A stretch of 64,000 nucleotides of DNA from Eledone cirrhosa (GCA_964016885.1 OZ024740.1:16244001-16308000), one strand, 5' to 3'. Shown: positions 12,001-25,676, counted from the first letter of the stretch. Notes: generated from the sequence alone by a model not told the origin. A program made the numbers and translations.

Positions 12001-15000
12001 AGCAGAAGGTCTTCAGAGAAGAAACTGTCAGGAGAGTTGGACAGCAGAAGGTCTTTAGAGAAGAAACTGTCAGGAGAGCTGGACAGCAGAAGGTCTTTAG
12101 AGAAGAAACTCTCAGGAGAGCTAGACAGCAGAAGGTCTTCAGAGAAGAAACTCTCCGGAGAGCTGGACAGCAGAAGGTCTTCAGAGAATAAACTCTGAGG
12201 AGAGCTGGACAGCAGAAGGTCTTCAGAGAAGAAACTCTCAGGAGAGCTAGACAGCAGAAGGTCTTCAGAGAAGAAACTGTCAGGAGAGCTGGACAGCAGA
12301 AGGTCTTCAGAGATGAAACTCTCAGGAGAGCTGGACAGTAGGTCTTCAGAGAAGAAACTCTCGGGAGAGCTGCACAGCAGAAGGTCTTTAGAGAAGAAAC
12401 TCTCAGGAGAGCTGGAAAGTAGAAGGTCTTTAGAGAAGAAACTCTCAAGAGAGCTGGACAGCAGAAGGTCTTTAGAGAAGAAACTCTCAGGAGAGCTAGA
12501 CAGCAGAAGGTCTTCAGAGAAGAAACTCTCAGGAGAGCTGGACAGCAGAAGGTCTTCAAAGATGAAACTGTCAGGAGAGCTGGACAGCAGAAGGTCTTCA
12601 GAGGAGAAACTCTCAGGAGAGCTAGACAGCAGAAGGTCTTCAGAGAAGAAACTCTCCGGAGAGCTGGACAGCAGAAGGTCTTTAGAGGAGAAACTCTCAG
12701 GAGAGCTAGACAGCAGAAGGTCTTCAGAGAAGAAACTCTCCGGAGAGCTGGACAGCAGAAGGTCTTCAGAGAAGAAACTCTGAGGAGAGCTGGACAGCAG
12801 AAGGTCTTCAGAGAAGAAACACTGAGATGAGTTGTACAGTAGGTCTTCAGAGAAGAAACTCTCAGGAGAGCTGGACAGCAGAAGGTCTTCAGAGAAGAAA
12901 CTCTCAGGAGAGCTAGACAGCAGAAGGTCTTCAGAGAAGAAACTCTCCGGAGAGCTGGACAGCAGAAGGTCTTCAGAGAAGAAACTCTGAGATGAGTTGT
13001 ACAGTAGGTCTTCAGAGAAGAAACTCTCAGGAGAGCTGGACAGCAGAAGGTCTTCAGAGAAGAAACTCTCAGGAGAGCTAGACAGCAGAAGGTCTCCAGA
13101 GAAGAAACTCTCCGGAGAGCTGGACAGCAGAAGGTCTTCAGAGAATAAACTCTGAGGAGAGCTGGACAGCAGAAGGTCTTCAGAGAAGAAACTCTCAGGA
13201 GAGCTAGACAGCAGAAGGTCTTCAGAGAAGAAACTGTCAGGAGAGCTGGACAGCAGAAGGTCTTCAGAGATGAAACTCTCAGGAGAGCTGGACAGTAGGT
13301 CTTCAGAGAAGAAACTCTCCGGAGAGCTGCACAGCAGAAGGTCTTTAGAGAAGAAACTCTCAGGACAGCTGGAAAGTAGAAGGTCTTTAGAGAAGAAACT
13401 CTCAAGAGATCTGGACATCAGAAGGTCTTCAGAGAAGAAACTGTCAGGAGAGCTGGACAGCAGAAGGTCTTTAGAGAAGAAACTCTCAGGAGAGCTGAAC
13501 AGCAGAAGGTCTTCAGAGAAAATACTCTCGGGAGAGCTGGACAGCGGAAAGTCTTTAGAGAAGAAACTCTCAGGAGAGCTAGACAGCAGAAGGTCTTCAG
13601 AGAAGAAACTGTCAGGAGAGCTGGACAACAGAAGGTCTTTAGAGAAGAAACTGTCAGGAGTGCTAGACAGCAGAAGGTCTTTAGAGAAGAAACTGTCAGG
13701 AGAGCTGGACAGTAGAAGGTCTTTAGAGAAGAAACTCTCAGGAGAGCTGGACAGTAGAAGGTCTTCAGAGAAGAAACTGTCAGGAGACCTGGACAGCAGA
13801 AGGTCTTTAGAGAAGAAACTCTCAGGAGAGCTGGCCAGCAGAAGGTCTTCAGAAAAGAAACTGTCATGAGAGCTGGACAGCAGAAGGTCCTCAGAGAAGA
13901 AACTCTCACGAGAGCTGGACAGCAGAAGGTCTTTAGAGAAGCTCTCGGGAGAGCTGGACAGCAGAAGGTCTTCAGAGAAGAAACTCTCAGGACAGCTGGA
14001 CAGCAGAAGGTCTTCAGAGAAGAAACTCTCAGGAGAGATAGACAGCAGAAGGTCTTCAGAGAAGAAACTCTCAGGAGAGATGGACAGCAGAAGGTCTTTA
14101 GAGAAGAAACTCTTGGGAGAGCTGGACAGCAGAAGTTCTTCAGAGAAGAAACTCTCGGGAGATCTGGATAGCAGAAGGTCTTTAGAGAAGAAACTCTCAG
14201 GAGAGCTAGACAGCAGAAGGTCTTCAGAGAAGAAACTCTCGGGAGAGCTGGACAGCAGAAGGTCTTCAGAGATGAAACTGTCAGGAGAGCTGGACAGCAG
14301 AAGGTCTTCAGAGAAGAAACTCTCAGGAGAGCTGGACAGCAGAAGGTCTTCAGAGATGAAACTGTCAGGAGAGCTGGACAGCAGAAGGTCTTCAGAGGAG
14401 AAACTCTCAGGAGAGCTAGACAGCAGAAGGTCTTCAGAGAAGAAACTCTCCGGAGAGCTGAACAGCAGAAGGTCTTCAGAGAAGAAACTCTGAGGAGAGC
14501 TGGACAGCAGAAGGTCTTCAGAGAAGAAACTGTCAGGAGACCTGGACAGCAGAAGGTCTTTAGAGAAGAAACTCTCAGGAGAGCTGGCCAGCAGAAGGTC
14601 TTCAGAGAAGAAACTGTCAGGAAAGCTGGACAGCAGATGGTCTTCAGAGAAGAAACTCTCAGGAGAGCTAGACAGCAGGAGGTCTTCAGAGTAGAAACTC
14701 TCAGGAGAGCTGGACAGCAGAAGGGCTTCAGAGAAGAATCTCTCAGGAGAGCTGGATAGCAGAAGGTCTTCAGAGAAAACTCTTGGGAGAGCTGGACAGC
14801 AGAAGGTCTTTAGTGAAGAAACTCTCAGGAGAGCTAGACAGCAGAAGGTCTTCAGAGAAGAAACTGTCAGGAGAGCTGGACAGCAGAAGGTCTTTAGAGA
14901 AGAAACTGTCAGGAGAGCTGGACAGCAGAAGGTCTTTAGAGAAGAAACTGTCAGGAGAGCTGGACAGCAGAAGGTCTTCAGAGAAGAAACTCTCCGGAGA

Positions 15001-18000
15001 GCTGGACAGCAGAAGGTCTTCCGAGAAGAAACTCTCAGGAGAGCTAGACAGCAGAAGGTCTTCAGAGAAGATACTCTCACGAGAGCTGGACAGCAGGTCT
15101 TCAGAGAAGAAACTCTCAGGAGAGCTGGACCGCAGAAGGTCTTCAGAGAAGAAACTCTCCGGAGAGCTGGACAGCAGAAGGTCTTTAGAGGAGAAACTCT
15201 CAGGAGAGCTAGACAGCAGAAGGTCTTCAGAGAAGAAACTCTCCGGAGAGCTGGACAGCAGAAGGTCTTCAGAGAAGAAACTCTGAGGAGAGCTGGACAG
15301 CAGAAGGTCTTCAGAGAAGAAACTCTGAGATGAGTTGTACAGTAGGTCTTCAGAGAAGAAACTCTCAGGAGAGCTGGACAGCAGAAGGTCTTCAGAGAAG
15401 AAACTCTCAGGAGAGCTAGACAGCAGAAGGTCTTCAGAGGAGAAACTCTCAGGAGAGATAGACAGCAGAAGGTCTTCAGAGAAGAAACTCTCAGGAGAGC
15501 TGGACAGCAGAAGGTCTTCAGAGAAGAAACTCTCAGGAGAGCTGGACAGCAGAAGGTCTTCAGAGAAGAAACTCATAGGAGAGCTGGATAGCAGAAGGTC
15601 TTCAGAGAAGAAACTCTCGGGAGAGCTGGACAGCAGAAGGTCTTTAGAGAAGAAACTCTCAGGAAGGCTAGACAGCAGAAGGTCTTCAGAGAAGAAACTG
15701 TCAGGAGAGTTGGACAGCAGAAGGTCTTTAGAGAAGAAACTGTCAGGAGAGCTGGACAGCAGAAGGTCTTTATTGAAGAAACTCTCAGGAGAGCTAGACA
15801 GCAGAAGGTCTTCAGAGAAGAAACTCTCCGGAGAGCTGGACAGCAGAAGGTCTTCAGAGAATAAAATCTGAGGAGAGCTGGACAGCAGAAGGTCTTCAGA
15901 GAAGAAACTCTCAGGAGAGCTAGACAGCAGAAGGTCTTCAGAGAAGAAACTCTCAGGAGAGCTGGACAGCAGAAGGTCTTCAGAGATGAAACTCTCAGGA
16001 GAGCTGGACAGTAGGTTTTCAGAGAAGAAACTCTCGGGAGAGCTGCACAGCAGAAGGTCTTCAGAGAAGAAACTCTCAGAAGAGCTAGACAGCAGATCTT
16101 CAGAGAAGAAACTCTAGGGAGAGCTGGACAGCTGGACAGCAGAAGGTCTTCAGAGAAGAAACTCTCAGGAGAGCTGGACAGCAGAAGGTGTTCAGAGAAG
16201 AAACTCTCGGGAGAGCTGGACAGCATAAGGTCTTCAGAAAAGAAACTCTCAGGAGAGCTAGACAGCAGAAGGTCTTCAGAGAAGAAACTCTCAGGAGAGC
16301 TAGACAGCAGAAGGTCTTTAGAGAAGAAACTTTCAGGAGAGCTAGACAGCAGAAGGTCTTCAGAGAAGAAACTCTCAGGATAGCTAGACAGCAGAAGGTC
16401 TTCAGAGAAGAAAGTCTCGGGAGAGCTGGACAGCAGAAGGTCTTCAGAGAAGAAACTGTCAGGAGAGCTGGACAGCAGATGGTCTTCAGCAAAGAAACTC
16501 TCAGAAGAGTTGGACAGCAGAAGGTCTTCAGAGAAGAAACTCTCAAGAGAGCTAGACAGCAGAAGGTCTTCAGAGAAGAAACTCTCAGGACAGCTGGACA
16601 GCAGAAGGTCTTCAGAGAAGAAACTCTCAGGAGAGATAGACAGCAGAAGGTCTTCAGAGAAGAAACTCTCAGGAGAGATGGACAGCAGAAGGTCTTTAGA
16701 GAAGAAACTCTTGGGAGAGCTGGACAGCGGAAGTTCTTCAGAGAAGAAACTCTCGGGAGATCTGGATAGCAGAAGGTCTTTAGAGAAGAAACTCTCAGGA
16801 GAGCTAGACAGCAGAAGGTCTTCAGAGAAGAAACTCTCGGGAGAGCTGGACAGCAGAAGGTCTTCAGAGATGAAACTGTCAGGAGAGCTGGACAGCAGAA
16901 GGTCTTCAGAGAAGAAACTCTCAGGAGAGCTGGACAGCAGAAGGTCTTCAGAGATGAAACTGTCAGGAGAGCTGGACAGCAGAAGGTCTTCAGAGGAGAA
17001 ACTCTCAGGAGAGCTAGACAGCAGAAGGTCTTCAGAGAAGAAACTCTCCGGAGAGCTGAACAGCAGAAGGTCTTCAGAGAAGAAACTCTGAGGAGAGCTG
17101 GACAGCAGAAGGTCTTCAGAGAAGAAACTGTCAGGAGACCTGGACAGCAGAAGGTCTTTAGAGAAGAAACTCTCGGGAGAGCTGGACAGCATAAGGTCTT
17201 CAGAAAAGAAACTCTCAGGAGAGCTAGACAGCAGAAGGTCTTCAGAGAAGAAACTCTCAGGAGAGCTAGACAGCAGAAGGTCTTTAGAGAAGAAACTTTC
17301 AGGAGAGCTAGACAGCAGAAGGTCTTCAGAGAAGAAACTCTCAGGATAGCTAGACAGCAGAAGGTCTTCAGAGAAGAAAGTCTCGGGAGAGCTGGACAGC
17401 AGAAGGTCTTCAGAGAAGAAACTGTCAGGAGAGCTGGACAGCAGATGGTCTTCAGCAAAGAAACTCTCAGAAGAGTTGGACAGCAGAAGGTCTTCAGAGA
17501 AGAAACTCTCAAGAGAGCTAGACAGCAGAAGGTCTTCAGAGAAGAAACTCTCAGGACAGCTGGACAGCAGAAGGTCTTCAGAGAAGAAACTCTCAGGAGA
17601 GATAGACAGCAGAAGGTCTTCAGAGAAGAAACTCTCAGGAGAGATGGACAGCAGAAGGTCTTTAGAGAAGAAACTCTTGGGAGAGCTGGACAGCGGAAGT
17701 TCTTCAGAGAAGAAACTCTCGGGAGATCTGGATAGCAGAAGGTCTTTAGAGAAGAAACTCTCAGGAGAGCTAGACAGCAGAAGGTCTTCAGAGAAGAAAC
17801 TCTCGGGAGAGCTGGACAGCAGAAGGTCTTCAGAGATGAAACTGTCAGGAGAGCTGGACAGCAGAAGGTCTTCAGAGAAGAAACTCTCAGGAGAGCTGGA
17901 CAGCAGAAGGTCTTCAGAGATGAAACTGTCAGGAGAGCTGGACAGCAGAAGGTCTTCAGAGGAGAAACTCTCAGGAGAGCTAGACAGCAGAAGGTCTTCA

Positions 18001-21000
18001 GAGAAGAAACTCTCCGGAGAGCTGAACAGCAGAAGGTCTTCAGAGAAGAAACTCTGAGGAGAGCTGGACAGCAGAAGGTCTTCAGAGAAGAAACTGTCAG
18101 GAGACCTGGACAGCAGAAGGTCTTTAGAGAAGAAACTCTCAGGAGAGCTGGCCAGCAGAAGGTCTTCAGAGAAGAAACTGTCAGGAAAGCTGGACAGCAG
18201 ATGGTCTTCAGAGAAGAAACTCTCAGGAGAGCTAGACAGCAGGAGGGCTTCAGAGAAGAATCTCTCAGGAGAGCTGGATAGCAGAAGGTCTTCAGAGAAA
18301 ACTCTTGGGAGAGCTGGACAGCAGAAGGTCTTTAGTGAAGAAACTCTCAGGAGAGCTAGACAGCAGAAGGTCTTCAGAGAAGAAACTGTCAGGAGAGCTG
18401 GACAGCAGAAGGTCTTTAGAGAAGAAACTGTCAGGAGAGCTGGACAGCAGAAGGTCTTTAGAGAAGAAACTGTCAGGAGAGCTGGACAGCAGAAGGTCTT
18501 CAGAGAAGAAACTCTCCGGAGAGCTGGACAGCAGAAGGTCTTCCGAGAAGAAACTCTCAGGAGAGCTAGACAGCAGAAGGTCTTCAGAGAAGATACTCTC
18601 ACGAGAGCTGGACAGCAGGTCTTCAGAGAAGAAACTCTCAGGAGAGCTGGACAGCAGAAGGTCTTCAGAGAAGAAACTCTCCGGAGAGCTGGACAGCAGA
18701 AGGTCTTTAGAGGAGAAACTCTCAGGAGAGCTAGACAGCAGAAGGTCTTCAGAGAAGAAACTCTCCGGAGAGCTGGACAGCAGAAGGTCTTCAGAGAAGA
18801 AACTCTGAGGAGAGCTGGACAGCAGAAGGTCTTCAGAGAAGAAACTCTGAGATGAGTTGTACAGTAGGTCTTCAGAGAAGAAACTCTCAGGAGAGCTGGA
18901 CAGCAGAAGGTCTTCAGAGAAGAAACTCTCAGGAGAGCTAGACAGCAGAAGGTCTTCAGAGGAGAAACTCTCAGGAGAGATAGACAGCAGAAGGTCTTCA
19001 GAGAAGAAACTCTCAGGAGAGCTGGACAGCAGAAGGTCTTCAGAGAAGAAACTCTCAGGAGAGCTGGACAGCAGAAGGTCTTCAGAGAAGAAACTCATAG
19101 GAGAGCTGGAAAGCAGAAGGTCTTCAGAGAAGAAACTCTCGGGAGAGCTGGACAGCAGAAGGTCTTTAGAGAAGAATCTCTCAGGAAGGCTAGACAGCAG
19201 AAGGTCTTCAGAGAAGAAACTGTCAGGAGAGTTGGACAGCAGAAGGTCTTTAGAGAAGAAACTGTCAGGAGAGCTGGACAGCAGAAGGTCTTTATTGAAG
19301 AAACTCTCAGGAGAGCTAGACAGCAGAAGGTCTTCAGAGAAGAAACTCTCCGGAGAGCTGGACAGCAGAAGGTCTTCAGAGAATAAAATCTGAGGAGAGC
19401 TGGACAGCAGAAGGTCTTCAGAGAAGAAACTCTCAGGAGAGCTAGACAGCAGAAGGTCTTCAGAGAAGAAACTATCAGGAGAGCTGGACAGCAGAAGGTC
19501 TTCAGAGATGAAACTCTCAGGAGAGCTGGACAGTAGGTTTTCAGAGAAGAAACTCTCGGGAGAGCTGCACAGCAGAAGGTCTTTAGAGAAGAAACTCTCA
19601 GGAGAGCTGGACAGCAGAAGGTCTTTAGAGGAGAAACTCTCAGGAGAGCTGAAAAGCAGAAGGTCTTCAGAGAAAATACTCTCGCGAGAGCTTGACAGCA
19701 GAAAGTGTTTAGAGAAGAAACTCTCAGGAGAGCTAGACAGCAGAAGGTCTTCAGAGAAGAAACTGTCAGGAGAGCTGGACAGCAGAAGGTCTTTAGAGAA
19801 GAAACTGTCAGGAGAACTGGACAGCAGAAGGTCTTTAGAGAAGAAACTGTCAGGAGAGCTGGACAGTAGAAGGTCTTTAGAGAAGAAACTCTCAGGAGAG
19901 CTGGACAGTAGAAGGTCTTCAGAGAAGAAACTGTCAGGAGACCTGGACAGCAGAAGGTCTTTAGAGAAGAAACTCTCAGGAGAGCTGGCCAGAAGAAGGT
20001 CTTCAGAAAAGAAACTGTCATGAGAGCTGGACAGCAGAAGGTCCTCAGAGAAGAAACTCTCGGGAGAGCTGGACAGCAGAAGGTCTTTAGAGAAGAAACT
20101 CTCAGGAGAGCTAGACAGCAGAAGGTCTTCAGAGAAGAAACTCTCAGGAGAGATGGACAGCAGAAGGTCTTTAGAGAAGAAGTTCTCGGGAGAGCTGGAC
20201 AGCAGAAGGTCTTCAGAGAAGAAACTCTCAGAAGAGTTGGACAGCAGAAGGTCTTCAGAGAAGAAACTCTCGGGAGAGCTGGACAGCAGAAGGTCTTTAG
20301 AGAAGAAACTCTCAGGAGAGCTAGACAGCAGAAGGTCTTCAGAGAAGAAACTCTCAGGAGAGATGGACAGCAGAAGGTCTTTAGAGAAGAAACTCTCGGG
20401 AGAGCTGGACAGCAGAAGGTCTTTAGAGAAGAAACTCTCAGGAGAGCTAGACAGCAGAAGGTCTTCAGAGAAGAAACTCTCGGGAGAGCTGGACAGCAGA
20501 AGGTCTTCAGAGATGAAACTGTCAGGAGAGCTGGACAGCAGAAGGTCTTCAGAGAAGAAACTCTCGGGAGAGCTGGACAGTAGAAGGTCTTCAGAGAAGA
20601 AACTCTCAGGAGAGCTAGACAGCAGAAGGTCTTCAGAGAAGAAACTCTATGGGAGAGCTGGACAGCAGAAGGTCTTCAGAGATGAAACTGTCAGGAGAGC
20701 TGGACAGCAGAAGGTCTTCAGAGAAGAAACTCTCCGGAGAGCTGGACAGCAGAAGGTCTTCAGAGAAGAAACTCTGAGGAGAGCTGGACAGCAGAAGGTC
20801 TTCAGAGAAGAAACTGTCAGGAGACCTGGACAGCAGAAGGTCTTTAGAGAAGAAACTCTCAGGAGAGCTGGCCAGCAGAAGGTCTTCAGAGAAGAAACTG
20901 TCAGGAGAGCTGGACAGCAGAAGGTCTTCAGAGAAGAAACTCTCAGGAGAGCTAGTCAGCAGAAGGTCTTCAGAGATGAAACCGTCAGGAAAGCTGGACA

Positions 21001-22880
21001 GTAGGTCTTCAGAGGAGAAACTCTCGGGAGAGCTGGACAGCAGAAGGTCTTTAGAAAAGAAACTCTCAGGAGAGCTGGACAGTAGAAGGTCTTTGAAGAA
21101 GAAACTCTCAGGAGAGCTGGACAGCAGAAGGTCTTCAGAGACGAAACTGTCAGGAGAGCTGGAGAGCAGAAGGTCTTCAGAGAAGAAACTCTCAGGAGAG
21201 ATAGACAGCAGAAGGTCTTCAGAGAAGAAACTCTCAGGAGAGATGGACAGCAGAAGGTCTTTAGAGAAGAAACTCTTGGGTGAGCTGGACAGCAGAAGTT
21301 CTTCAGAGAAGAAACTCTCAGGAGTATTGGACAGCAGAAGGTCTTCAGAGAAGAACCTCTCGGGAGAGCTGGACAGCAGAATGTCTTTACAGAAGAAACT
21401 CTCAGGAGAGCTAGACAGCAGAAGGTCTTCAGAGAAGAAACTCTCGGGAGAGCTGGACAGCAGAAGGTCTTCAGAGATGAAACTGTCAGGAGAGCTGGAC
21501 AGCAGAAGGTCTTCAGAGAAGAAACTGTCAGGAGAGCTGGACAGCAGAAGGTCTTTAGAGAAGAAACTGTCAGGAGAGCTGGACAGCAGAAGGTCTTTAG
21601 AGAAGAAACTCTCAGGAGAGCTGGACAGCAGAAGGTCTTCAGAGAAGAAACTGTCAGCAGAGCTGGACAGCAGAAGGTCTTCAGAGAAGAAACTCTTGGG
21701 AGAGCTGGACGGCAGAAGGTCTTTAGAGAAGAAACTCTCAGGAGAGCTAGACAGCAGAAGGTCTTCAGAGAAGAAACTCTCAGGAGAGCTGGACAGCAGA
21801 AAGGCTTCAGAGAAGAATCTCTCAGGAGAGCTGGACAGCAGAAGGTCTTCAGAGAAGAAACTCTCAGAAAAGTTGGACAGCAGAAGGTCTTCAGAGAAGA
21901 AACTCTCGGGAGAGCTGGACAGCAGAAGGTCTTTAGAGAAGAAACTCTCAGGAGAGCTAGACAGCAGAAGGTCTTCAGAGAAGAAACTCTCAGGAGAGAT
22001 GGACAGCAGAAGGTCTTTAGAGAAGAAACTCTTGGGAGAGCTGGACAGCAGAAGTTCTTCAGAGAAGAAACTCTCAGGAGTGTTGGACAGCAGAAGGTCT
22101 TCAGAGAAGAAACTCTCGGGAGAGCTGGACAGCAGAAGGTCTTTAGAGAAGAAACTCTCAGGAGAGCTAGACAGCAGAAGGTCTTCAGAGAAGAAACTCT
22201 CGGGAGAGCTGGACAGCAGAAGGTCTTCAGAGATGAAACTGTCAGGAGAGCTGGACAGCAGAAGGTCTTCAGAGAAGAACCTCTCTGGACAGCTGGACAG
22301 CAGAAGGTCTTCAGAGATGAAACTGTCAGGAGAGCTGGACAGCAGAAGGTCTTCAGAGGAGAAACTCTCAGGAGAGCTAGACAGCAGAAGGTCTTCAGAG
22401 AAGAAACTCTATGGGAGAGCTGGACAGCAGAAGGTCTTCAGAGATGAAACTGTCAGGAGAGCTGGACAGCAGAAGGTCTTCAGAGAAGAAACTGTCAGGA
22501 GACCTGGACAGCAGAAGGTCCTTAGAGAAGAAACTGTCAGGAGAGCTGGACAGCAGAAGGTCTTTAGAGAAGAAACTCTCAGGAGAGCTGGACAGCAGAA
22601 GGTCTTCAGAGAAGAAACTGTCAGCAGAGCTGGACAGCAGAAGGTCTTCAGAGAAGAAACTCTTGGGAGAGCTGGACGGCAGAAGGTCTTTAGAGAAGAA
22701 ACTCTCAGGAGAGCTAGACAGCAGAAGGTCTTCAGAGAAGAAACTCTCAGGAGAGCTGGACAGCAGAAAGGCTTCAGAGAAGAATCTCTCAGGAGAGCTG
22801 GATAGCAGAAGATCTTCAGAGAAGAAACTCTTGGGAGAGCTGGACAGCAGAAGGTCTTTAGAGAAGAAACTCTCAGGAAA
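1..22880. repeat. 42-bp tandem satellite (consensus AGAAGGTCTTCAGAGAAGAAACTCTCAGGAGAGCTGGACAGC), roughly 545 monomers, runs off the left edge
   Basis: Continuous 42-nt periodicity with point variants and occasional 39-, 40- and 41-nt monomers; strongly purine-rich + strand; accounts for all ORFs called in 1-22.9 kb. Confidence 0.99.
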
Positions 22881-22881
22881 G

Positions 22882-23555
22882 CTCCTTGTAAAGCTCTGTC
22901 CAGAAGCCACCATATTTACACTGATATCTCCCTGTAAAGCTCTGTCCAGTAGCCACCATATTTACACTGATGTCTCCCTGTAAACCTCTGTCCAGAAGCC
23001 ACCATATTTACACTGATGTCTCCCTGTAAACCTCTGTCCAGAAGCCACCATATTTACACTGATATCTCCCTGTAAAGCTCTGTCCAGAAGCCACCATATT
23101 TACACTGATGTCTCCTTGTAAACCTCTGTCCAGAAGCCACCATATTTACACTGATATCTCCCTGTAAACCTCTATCTAGAAGCCACCATATTTACACTGA
23201 TGTCTCCCTGTAAACCTCTGTCCAGAAGCCACCATATTTACACAGATGTCTCCCTGTAAACCTCTGTCTAGAACCCACCATATTTACACTGATGTCTCCC
23301 TGTAAACCTCTGTCCAGAAGCCACCATATTTACACTGATGTCTCCCTGTAAACCTCTGTCCAGATGCCACCATATTTACACTGATGTCTCCCTGTAAATT
23401 TCTGTCCAGACGCCACCATATTTACACTGATATCTCCCCGTAAACCTCTGTTCAGAAGCCACCATATTTACACTAATGTCTCCCTGTAAACCTCTGTCCA
23501 GAAGCCACCATATTTACACTGATATCTCCCTGTAAACCTCTTTTCAGACGCCACT
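22882..23555. repeat. 46-bp tandem minisatellite (CTCCCTGTAAACCTCTGTCCAGAAGCCACCATATTTACACTGATGT), about 14-15 copies
   Basis: GTAAAGC recurs at 22888 and 22934 (period 46); the array directly abuts the 42-bp satellite. Confidence 0.97.
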
Positions 23556-23605
23556 AGTATCAATGACACTTTCAAACAGCTATCTACTACCTTGAACTTA
23601 TTACT

Positions 23606-23727
23606 AATTGTTTCTACTTTAGGCACAAGGCCAGCAATTAGCCAGTGCATTACTGGTACTTTATTTTATCGACCCCGTAAGGATGAAAGGCAAAGTCAAC
23701 CTCTGCGGGATTTGAACTCAGATCGTA
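23606..23727 (-). mobile_element. tRNA-derived SINE, 3' part
   Basis: Reverse complement of the B-box GAGTTCAAATCC and central GCCTTTCATCCTTACGGGGTCGATAAAATAAAGTACCAG, matching copies at 50112, 50280 and 54607. Confidence 0.85.
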
Positions 23728-23748
23728 CACACACATATATATATATGT

Positions 23749-23796
<48 letters not shown>

Positions 23797-23889
23797 TGGC
23801 AGATCACTGGTGGGTTATATCCGAGCTGACGATCCGTTGAGGTGAAACAAATTGTCTCAGAAATGGTGTACTAACAATTGTGGAACTAC

Positions 23890-23941
<52 letters not shown>

Positions 23942-23946
<5 letters not shown>

Positions 23947-24035
23947 GTCATAGCCATTCAATGGCTTTCATCGAAATATATATATCAGTAAATAAAGGAT
24001 TATGAGTTCATGCAATTGACTTATGTTTCGTCACT
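23942..24035 (+). mobile_element. 5'-truncated copy of the hammerhead mini-element at 25461-25624
   Basis: Near-identical to 25532-25624; the core is cut by (TA)n; flanked by (TA)n on both sides. Confidence 0.8.
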
Positions 24036-24145
24036 ATATATATATATATATATTTAATACATTAACAGAGAAAGCTTTTAGCTATACTCCGACAAACTCC
24101 CATCTCACTCAACAAATATATATATATATATATTATAGAATGAAG

Positions 24146-24992
24146 GTCAAGCAAATAGAGAAAATGTTTTAAAATAAATTTCAAAAAATGTTACTGTACT
24201 TACTATATGTGCCTTTACCGCGGTTTCTGATCCCAAAATAAACAGATAATCCAAGCGGATTTCTATTGAGAAAGAGATCGTCGTGAGAAGGCTTTTCTCA
24301 CTCGGAGAATATAAAATTCTCGAGTTCAAATCACAAACTGGCGCCACACACAATTGTTCCCGAATGAGAGTGAATGAGAGATGAAACAATTCTGCCTGGC
24401 ACCGTGTGCAAAAGCAAAGGCTAGGTGGACAGGTCAATGTACTGCTACTAAAAATAGTAGCCGTTCCTATTGACCAAATATTTCTCTACCGTAGAGGAGG
24501 ATAGTAATAAAAGTATGTATTCCTATGTGTAAATAATACACACAAGGATACAAATATTTTCCAACCGTATGCCAGTGTGGTTCGATGGTAAGTTAATAAA
24601 TTAACATGCCAGAACATATAAAATCAAGGTCAAGCAATAGAGAGAAAGTTTTAAAATAAATTTCAAAAATTTTATTGTACTTACTATACCTGCCTTTACC
24701 GCGGTTTGAACTCGAGAATTTTATATTCTCCGAGTGAGAAAAGCCTTCTGGCGACGATCTCTTTCTCAATGAAATCCGCTTGGATTATCTGTTTATTTTG
24801 GGATCAGAAACCGCGGTAAAGGCACATATAGTAAGTACAGTAACATTTTTTGAAATTTATTTTAAAACTTTTTCTCTATTTGCTTGACCTTGATTTTATA
24901 TGTTCTGGCATGTTAATTTATTACCTTACCATCGAACCACACTGGCATACGTTTGGAAAATACTTGTATCCTTGTGTGTATTATTTACATGT
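24146..24992. repeat. Three-part inverted-repeat element ending in (TA)n
   Basis: 24505-24706 is the reverse complement of about 24808-24992, and 24146-24330 is the reverse complement of about 24706-24890. No complete hammerhead found. Confidence 0.8.
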
Positions 24993-25052
24993 AGGAATAC
25001 GTACTTTTATTATATATATATTATATATATATATTATATATATATATATACT

Positions 25053-25092
<40 letters not shown>

Positions 25093-25128
25093 AGATGGAG
25101 AGAGAGAGAGAGAGAGATAGAGAGAAAG

Positions 25129-25165
<37 letters not shown>

Positions 25166-25389
25166 AATTTAATTCCACAACAAATTTGCAAACCATACTC
25201 GAGGAAGTTGTTTCACCGGACGGATTTTCAACCGCAGCCATACACGGGTTGAAAATCCGTCCGGTAGAACGCGCGTCCTTGAGTATGCTTTGCTACTTTG
25301 TTATGGAACTAACTCTATACCGAACTCATCCTTTGGACTGAGTGTTCTACCAACTATGGATTACACCCTCCCGTTATGTTACCACAATA

Positions 25390-25464
<75 letters not shown>

Positions 25465-25523
25465 CAAGGCTCTGATACCATCAACACTATACACACAGAG
25501 CTGGCATATCTAAGAACTGACTA

Positions 25524-25579
25524 ACTGCCTGATGAGGTCATAGCCATTCAATGGCTATCATCGAAATATATATAGCAGT
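25524..25579 (+). ncRNA. Type I hammerhead ribozyme motif
   Basis: ACTGC-CTGATGA-[stem II ATAGCCAT/ATGGCTAT]-GAAA-TATATA-TA-GCAGT, with a perfect 5-bp stem I and AATAAA directly downstream. Confidence 0.85.
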
Positions 25580-25621
25580 AAATAAAGGATTATGAGTTCA
25601 TGCAATTGACTTATGTTTCGT

Positions 25622-25676
<55 letters not shown>

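Noticed and set aside
1-22880. Satellite-encoded hammerhead, as in newt or schistosome satellites
   Set aside because: CTGAAGA is on the minus strand while GAAAC-T-GTC is on the plus strand, so the core cannot form on one RNA.
190-22983. Long repetitive ORFs as protein-coding genes
   Set aside because: They are open on both strands in several frames because the monomer is 42 bp; scattered stops and 40/41-bp monomers break every frame.
22882-23555. CRISPR-like array (also 55765-56785)
   Set aside because: No unique spacers, no cas genes and a eukaryotic context.
25190-25290. Functional hammerhead in the 19-bp-arm hairpin
   Set aside because: The inverted repeat is real but both cores are degenerate (TTGAAAA, AGAAC); at most a decayed relative.
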